Of a stretch of 32,000 nt of DNA, positions 26,125 through 32,000 are shown piece by piece (the stretch's first letter is position 1; every line of letters starts with the position of its first letter). Under the pieces are notes generated by a model. The model was not told the DNA's origin and did not search any database. It was given only the letters and a program-made list of their open reading frames with translations. The DNA comes from Candidatus Kuenenia stuttgartensis (GTDB lineage: Bacteria; Planctomycetota; Brocadiia; Brocadiales; Brocadiaceae). Made by a program: the position numbers and the translations under genes. The DNA lies in assembly GCF_900232105.1 (NCBI RefSeq), contig NZ_LT934425.1, forward strand, positions 1,320,001 through 1,352,000, read 5' to 3'.

Positions 26125-29100
26125 ATGAAAAAATTATTATTAAATACGAATAAAATAGTAAATAATCTGATAGACATTGTCAAGCTGCTTAACTTCAGGG
26201 ACGCAAAGTCTCAAAGCAGTGCGAGTACAATAAATATGTCTTTGCGCCTGGTATGCAAACATATCATGGTAAACAGATTCTTCGGCGGCATTGCCCTGGT
26301 CTTTTCACTGGGAATATTTTTGCTGATGATAGGAGCATTTACTGCTGCTGCACTTTTGCGTTTCCCCGGAGGCCTTGGAGCATTTTATATGCTTTGCCTT
26401 GGTTTACTATTGGTCGTGTTTTTTAAAATACTACTGATACCGTTGCTGTCCATAAATAAAGAAAAGATAGCGCTGCTGATAGAACAAAAATATCCTTCTT
26501 TGAATAATGTGCTTATCAGCTCTTTGCAACTGACAAAGAAACAACGAAACACACAGAAGATAAAATATTCCGGGCAGATGGTCTCTATGCTTGTTGATGA
26601 AGCCGCAAGGAAACTGAAACAATTAGACCTTCAATCAGTAGTTAATAAAAAACCTCTCATCCTCGGCAATACACTCCTTATTTTCTCCGTGCTTCTTTTC
26701 GGAACGGTGTATGCATTTCATCGTTCTTCTCTGGACAAAAACATACCGCTTTTATTTGGCTATCTTAGCGACAGCAGCAGTATAGGCGGAGAGCCATTTG
26801 CAGTTTCAGGCGTCCCTGTTATTGGCGATATTACCGTATGCTACCGATATCCTCTTTATTCCGGGCTGGAGACAAAGACGATATACAACACAAGCGGCAA
26901 TATTAAAGCCTTGAAAGGGAGTGAGGCGCAAATCAGCGCCGTAAGCGGTCGCCCCGTAACATCAGCAAAAATCATTTATAACGAGTCTGCAATAATTCCA
27001 CTTGCAGTTGAAAACAACAAGGCCATGAGCGGCGTATTGCAGGTGCTGGAGAATGGCTCTTATTGTTTTGAGATAAAGGATTTGAATGGGCGTATTACCA
27101 GAGATCCTGCATTATATACAGTTGAAGTTATTCCAGACCTGCCGCCTGAAACGTCTGTTATTGCTCCGGCAAAGGATTTGGTGGTAAATGAAAAAGATGT
27201 TGTAAACCTTCAATACAATGCAAAAGATGATTATGGGTTGGCGGAGATTTCTCTTGCATATGAAGTTGGAAATGAAAAAAACACAAGGCATTTGTCCCGT
27301 TTTGATAAAAGGCAATTATTTTACAACGGAACGTACAAATGGTCTTTGAGCGAATTGCGCCTGCAGCCCGACGACAAGGTGGCGTACTATATTGAAGCAA
27401 AAGACAACGATACGATATCAGGGCCAAAAACCGGCAAATCTAAAACTTATTATCTGGAGATTTATAGTTCCAGAAAAAAACACCAGGAATTGATTAAACT
27501 ACAGGAATTGCTCGTGAAAGAAGCGCTGTGGTTGTTGTCGGACGACCTTGTGAACAGGATTGATGATGAAAAATGTGCCTCAAAAGAGTACCTGCTTATG
27601 AGGCAGGATATTATCAATGAACGGGTGAGCGTTATCAACCGCCTTTTTACGGATATTCTGGTTGGTATGCAGGAAGATGTCAGGGCAAATTACAGTGTTT
27701 ACTACGCACTGGAAAATTTGAGAAAAAAGTTTCGCGATGTGACGGAACAAAAACAAACGGCCATACAAAAAGCGATGCTCGCCATAGTGGGCAATGATGT
27801 GCCCTTGGCAATGTTATTGGAACTGCAGGTAATACAGGATAGGGAAGTGACGGAAGTGGAAGATATGATACTATTCCTTAATGAAATGATACAAAAACAA
27901 AAATTGGATGATGTAATAGATACGGGGAATAATCTGCTCCAATCGCAGAACACTCTTGAAAAATTACTGAATCAGATGCGTGAAACCGGGGACATGGAAC
28001 TGAACGAAAAGGCGCTTGCTGAATTAAACAACATTGAAAATGCTATCCGGCAAATGATGATGAAGCTTATGCAAATGGCGCAGAGTGAGCATATGGATGA
28101 ATTCTTAAACGCAGATGCACTGAAGGGGATTGAACAGGATGACATTATGGGCGATTTAAACGAGATGAAGAATGCGCTCAAAAATGGCGATAGTGAAACC
28201 GCTATAGAGGCGGCCAAAAGGATGCTTTCTTCCTTGCAGAAGATGATGGATCAGATGAATTCCGCCTCACAGGGACTGACGGATTCATTTTACTCCGATA
28301 CCATGGAAAAGATGGATACGATGCTGGATAATTTGTCGGAACTGGAAAATAAGCAAAGAACGCTGGCAGAGAAAACGGAAGATTTAAGGCAAGAGGTTCA
28401 AAAACGTGTCTCAGAATCAACCAATGAAACGCTAAAATCCTTTTTTGAAAAACAGGAAAAAAGGATTGAAGGGTTAAAACAGGATATTGCCGGGACAAAA
28501 AAATATTTGGCAAAGAATGAATTGCTGCAGGAATATCTTCAAACAAAACAGCAGTTGCAACAGTTTTCCGGACAAAGAGAAATCCCCGCGAGCTGGTTTA
28601 GCGATTTGTTTGAAAACGATAATAAATCCGGCATGTCTAAACAGGAATCGGCGAAGTTCTCCGGGCTGACAAGGAAAAATGCGGAGTTGAACCGTGAAAT
28701 TAACAGGGACCCTCTGCAAAGAGATTTCCTTTCTATTGATAAGGAATTACCTCAGACGGAGGAAACGCTTCAACATCTGGAAGAAATGCTGAAAGGCAGA
28801 GAGATAGCGGAATCATTAACCTTAGCACGGGAAATTGCAAGGGATACAAATCACTGGAATAACCGTATGCAAGACTCTATTGAAATGAGAAAAGATGCGG
28901 GGAAAGAACTGTTGTCGGAAGAAGAGCTTAAAACAACAAAACAGATCGACGATGCGGCAAAACAAAGTCAAAAAATAGTCCAGGATCTTGAATCTATAAT
29001 GAAATTCCTCGATGAACACCAAATCGCCGGCATGACCCTGGAGGATCAGGAGACATTGAAAAAGTATGCGGGGAAACAGGAAGAGTATAAAAATGAAACA

Positions 29101-29535
29101 GAGGAACTTATGGAAATGTTAGAGCAGCTTGCAAGCCAGGCTCCGTTCATGGACGAAGAGGCAAACAGGCAACTGGAGATGGCTTCAAACTCCATGTCCG
29201 GTGCAAAGCAACGGCTGGAAGGGCAGGATATTTCAGGCGCGGTCATTGAGGAAAGGGAGTCGTTGTATCGTCTGTCTGAAGCAAAAGAAGGGGTGCAGAG
29301 GGCAAAAGAACACATAAAGCAGGGAATGATTGGTGAAGGGATGCCTATGCCGTTTCGCGGCAGTATGATGGAAGGTCAGGTTACTTCTACTTCAGAGAAG
29401 GTGGAAATACCTTCCGAGGATGCATATAAAGCGCCTAAAAAGTTCAGACAAGAAATTCTTGACGCACTGAAAGACGGATTACCGGAGAAATACAGGGATT
29501 TAAATAAGGATTATTATCAGAGATTGATTGATTGA
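26125..29535 (+). CDS. large membrane protein, DUF4175-like, with long coiled-coil/helical C-terminal region (1136 aa)
   Basis: N-terminal TM helices (FFGGIALVFSLGIFLLMIGAFTAAALL; LGAFYMLCLGLLLVVFF; LLIFSVLLFGTVYAF), Ig-like middle, then DUF4175-style MLDNLSELENKQRTLAEKTEDLRQEV. Confidence 0.7.
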   Translation: MKKLLLNTNKIVNNLIDIVKLLNFRDAKSQSSASTINMSLRLVCKHIMVNRFFGGIALVFSLGIFLLMIGAFTAAALLRFPGGLGAFYMLCLGLLLVVFFKILLIPLLSINKEKIALLIEQKYPSLNNVLISSLQLTKKQRNTQKIKYSGQMVSMLVDEAARKLKQLDLQSVVNKKPLILGNTLLIFSVLLFGTVYAFHRSSLDKNIPLLFGYLSDSSSIGGEPFAVSGVPVIGDITVCYRYPLYSGLETKTIYNTSGNIKALKGSEAQISAVSGRPVTSAKIIYNESAIIPLAVENNKAMSGVLQVLENGSYCFEIKDLNGRITRDPALYTVEVIPDLPPETSVIAPAKDLVVNEKDVVNLQYNAKDDYGLAEISLAYEVGNEKNTRHLSRFDKRQLFYNGTYKWSLSELRLQPDDKVAYYIEAKDNDTISGPKTGKSKTYYLEIYSSRKKHQELIKLQELLVKEALWLLSDDLVNRIDDEKCASKEYLLMRQDIINERVSVINRLFTDILVGMQEDVRANYSVYYALENLRKKFRDVTEQKQTAIQKAMLAIVGNDVPLAMLLELQVIQDREVTEVEDMILFLNEMIQKQKLDDVIDTGNNLLQSQNTLEKLLNQMRETGDMELNEKALAELNNIENAIRQMMMKLMQMAQSEHMDEFLNADALKGIEQDDIMGDLNEMKNALKNGDSETAIEAAKRMLSSLQKMMDQMNSASQGLTDSFYSDTMEKMDTMLDNLSELENKQRTLAEKTEDLRQEVQKRVSESTNETLKSFFEKQEKRIEGLKQDIAGTKKYLAKNELLQEYLQTKQQLQQFSGQREIPASWFSDLFENDNKSGMSKQESAKFSGLTRKNAELNREINRDPLQRDFLSIDKELPQTEETLQHLEEMLKGREIAESLTLAREIARDTNHWNNRMQDSIEMRKDAGKELLSEEELKTTKQIDDAAKQSQKIVQDLESIMKFLDEHQIAGMTLEDQETLKKYAGKQEEYKNETEELMEMLEQLASQAPFMDEEANRQLEMASNSMSGAKQRLEGQDISGAVIEERESLYRLSEAKEGVQRAKEHIKQGMIGEGMPMPFRGSMMEGQVTSTSEKVEIPSEDAYKAPKKFRQEILDALKDGLPEKYRDLNKDYYQRLID

Positions 29536-29544
29536 TTGAGATAT

Positions 29545-31176
29545 ATGATGAAAAGAAAAGCGGTCATACTATTATTGCTGTTGTTCGTGGTACTTCTATC
29601 ACGGGAAAAAGAGGCGAAGTCACGGACGAATGAATTTTTCGATATTCCGGGAGAAATTGCCTATGGTGAAGAATGCCTGAATGCATGGCAGGTTGAAGAG
29701 GCAAAAAAGGTTGCTGAAAAGGTGCGATTGTTGGCGCCGGAAGACCCTCATGTATGTTTTTTCGTGGGAAAGGTGCGATTTTATGAGGGAAGGTATGAGG
29801 AATCGCTTGATTTCCTGAAAAAAGCGCAAAAAACCCCAGGGGTCATGCAGCAGGCAGAGGAATTTTTCCATTTCGTTCAAACAATATACCAGACAGCAAG
29901 CAATTTTAAGGAAATTGAGTCAGAACATTTTCTCTTCCGTTTTGTGGAAGAAAAAGACGCCATACTGGCAGAATACGCCCTCGACACACTTGAGAGCGCT
30001 TATAAGGTAATTGGAGGCGATCTGGGCTATTTCCCGCGTGAGAAAATACTCGTGGAGGTCTATCCGGACGCTGAGAGTTTTTGCACTATTTCCACTTTAA
30101 CACAGAAAGAAATTGAAACCTCCGGTGCTGTCGCAATTTGTTTGTTCAACCGGCTAATCATTACAAGCCCGAGGTTGCAGCCACGGGGATATGAATGGCT
30201 TGATACGCTTGCTCATGAGTATGTGCATTATGTGATAATGAAAAAGACATACAATCGTGTGCCGGTTTGGCTTCATGAGGGGCTTGCCAAATATGAGGAA
30301 AATAGATGGATAGATGATAATTCACCGACATTGCCTGTTTCACTGGAAAGTCTTCTGGCAGAGGCAGTGGAAAAGAACTACTTTATCACCTTTGAGCAAA
30401 TGCATCCCTCCCTGGCAAAATTAGAAAAAAGAGAAGACACCGCCCTTGCATTTGCGCAGGTATTTACGTCAATAGAATATTTATATCATCTTGGCGGCTA
30501 TCCTTTGATCACTGCAATCCTTGATGAAATAAAGAATGGAATGGATGCAAAAGAAGCGCTATCCTCCGCCACCGGGGTACCATTTAATACGTTCGAAGAG
30601 AATTATCTGCAATATTTGAAACAGAAAAACCTGAGAAGGGTTCATGGCATCAAAATACTTCCGACAATATTAAAGGAATCGTCCACTATTGTGGACGATC
30701 TTGAAAGTGTCGCGGAAATAGAGGTAAAAGAAGCGAAAAAATTCGCTATACTGGGAGACCTTTTACGACGCGAAGGGTTGTACAGCGCAGCGATTATAGA
30801 ATATGAAAAGGCCTTCATAAGGGCAAAAAATATTTCACCGCAGATCCAGAACAAACTGGCAATGGCATATATCCAGGATACTCAGTATTCAAAGGCAGAA
30901 GAAGTATTAAAAACCGCTCTCGAATATTATCCCGAATACACAGCCACATATATTTCACTGGGCGAGCTGTACCAAAGAACAGGAGCATATCAAACGGCAA
31001 TAAATTTTCTTTCACGAGCAAATCGGGTAAATCCATTTAACCCTGTTGTTTACCGCAATCTCATTCAACTATATACAAAAGTGGAAGATAAGGAAAACGC
31101 GGCGAATGAGATGAGAAGGTTAAAAATGGTCACACGGTTCCATAATCCCACTACCCCGGAGATGCCGGAAAAATGA
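29545..31176 (+). CDS. exported TPR protein with peptidase MA-like zinc metalloprotease domain
   Basis: Signal-like N-terminus; zincin motif LAHEYVHYVI with downstream WLHEGLAKYEE; C-terminal TPRs (AILGDLLRREGLYSAAIIEYEKAFI...; YISLGELYQRTGAYQTAINFLSRANRVNP). Preferred start 29545. Confidence 0.85.
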   Translation: MMKRKAVILLLLLFVVLLSREKEAKSRTNEFFDIPGEIAYGEECLNAWQVEEAKKVAEKVRLLAPEDPHVCFFVGKVRFYEGRYEESLDFLKKAQKTPGVMQQAEEFFHFVQTIYQTASNFKEIESEHFLFRFVEEKDAILAEYALDTLESAYKVIGGDLGYFPREKILVEVYPDAESFCTISTLTQKEIETSGAVAICLFNRLIITSPRLQPRGYEWLDTLAHEYVHYVIMKKTYNRVPVWLHEGLAKYEENRWIDDNSPTLPVSLESLLAEAVEKNYFITFEQMHPSLAKLEKREDTALAFAQVFTSIEYLYHLGGYPLITAILDEIKNGMDAKEALSSATGVPFNTFEENYLQYLKQKNLRRVHGIKILPTILKESSTIVDDLESVAEIEVKEAKKFAILGDLLRREGLYSAAIIEYEKAFIRAKNISPQIQNKLAMAYIQDTQYSKAEEVLKTALEYYPEYTATYISLGELYQRTGAYQTAINFLSRANRVNPFNPVVYRNLIQLYTKVEDKENAANEMRRLKMVTRFHNPTTPEMPEK

Positions 31177-31349
31177 TTCAATTGCTTTCTTAAATTAAAT
31201 CAGGCCGGGCTTTAAAAAGACAAAAACCCAACGCATTTTATACACGCCTTAATCCCATAAATGCTAAGTTATTTCTGATATTTTTTACACGGAGTCAAAT
31301 ATCTAAAGCCGGCAATCGGCAATTTACAGTCGGCAAATTGCAGACTGTG

Positions 31350-31375
31350 GACTGTAGACTGTAGACTGTAGACTG
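31350..31375. repeat. heptanucleotide tandem repeat (GACTGTA)3-GACTG
   Basis: Direct reading of 31350-31375. Confidence 0.95.
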
Positions 31376-31435
31376 CTTTCGCGCTTATTTGGTTCCGGCT
31401 TGTCCGGATTTTGGTAATTATCAAAGAGGAATTGC

Positions 31436-32000
31436 ATGAATAATTTTTGGAAATGCAGAAATTATCCGGGAATAGTCATAGTAGTAATCATTTTTTTATT
31501 GGTAAATACAGGATGCAAAAAGATACCCAAGGGTAACCTGATAGAGCAGAATTTTAAGGTTCTTTTGGAAATAAGCGCATTTAAGAAAAAGCAGATAATT
31601 AAATATTTTGCGGACGTAGAAAAGAGAGCGGCTGGTATTGCTGCAGACGAAAGCATGCTTGATTGTTTTCATCAGATAAAGAAATGTTATCAGGTTGAGG
31701 CATCAGGAATCGATGCTATGAATATTCAGAAGAAGGAGTATGAAGCGGATGTAAATTTTGTTACTACGTATAAAGATTTCTACGATATTCTTTTTGTCGA
31801 TAGCAGAGGTTTTGTTTTTCACAGCATAAAACAGGCAGATGATTATCATACAAATCTTTTTACCGGAAGGTATTCGGATACTTCCCTGTCCATACATCTT
31901 CGGGAAGCGCCTGAAAGGGAATTTGTCAACTATGAATTTTATGCCCCGTCAGACAAACCTGCCGCTTTTTTTGTTGTGCCTGTATATGAAAAGAAAGACC
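31436..32000 (+). CDS. lipoprotein with putative extracytoplasmic sensor (Cache-like) domain, 3' truncated by the window
   Basis: Manual translation MNNFWKCRNYPGIVIVVIIFLLVNTGCKKIPKGNLIEQNFKVLLEISAFKKKQIIKYFADVEKRAAGIAADESML...YKDFYDILFVDSRGFVFHSIKQADDYHTNLFTGRYSDTSLSIHLREAPEREFVNYEFYAP...; lipobox NTGC. Open to the edge and absent from the ORF track. Confidence 0.7.
   Translation, partial: MNNFWKCRNYPGIVIVVIIFLLVNTGCKKIPKGNLIEQNFKVLLEISAFKKKQIIKYFADVEKRAAGIAADESMLDCFHQIKKCYQVEASGIDAMNIQKKEYEADVNFVTTYKDFYDILFVDSRGFVFHSIKQADDYHTNLFTGRYSDTSLSIHLREAPEREFVNYEFYAPSDKPAAFFVVPVYEKKD

Overview
This 32 kb window looks like anammox planctomycete DNA (Kuenenia/Brocadia type). The basis is a partial minus-strand ORF at the left edge that reads as the N-terminus of an octaheme hydroxylamine oxidoreductase / hydrazine dehydrogenase family protein. 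Gene content, left to right: (1) the HAO-like gene, with a strong sigma54 (-24/-12) promoter match pointing at it and a divergent GAF-AAA+-HTH sigma54 activator; (2) a frameshifted REP-associated tyrosine transposase; (3) a compact, visibly more GC-rich operon of kaiC, two kaiB-like genes and a PAS-PAS-AAA+(sigma54)-HTH regulator, with 4-nt ATGA overlaps and no kaiA; (4) a sigma54-like site directly after that regulator, followed by a dense stress/envelope island: ABM monooxygenase, CsbD, BON lipoprotein, DUF3309, coiled-coil proteins, DUF883, Lmo0937-like, Cys-rich secreted peptides, PepSY-like, Tat-exported superoxide dismutase, DUF3185 and catalase; (5) a ~465-bp tandem repeat array split by an IS1634-like element with a target duplication; (6) a frameshifted alpha/beta hydrolase and an IS4-like element whose transposase is frameshifted; (7) HAD hydrolase, LolA-like, a TPR/zinc-finger ORF broken by an in-frame TGA, ruvC, a DUF4175-like giant membrane protein, an M-family-like TPR metalloprotease and a partial sensor lipoprotein. 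The best candidate for an under-described system is the KaiC-KaiB-KaiB-sigma54-activator module next to the stress island. All family calls come from motif recognition by eye; no searches were run.
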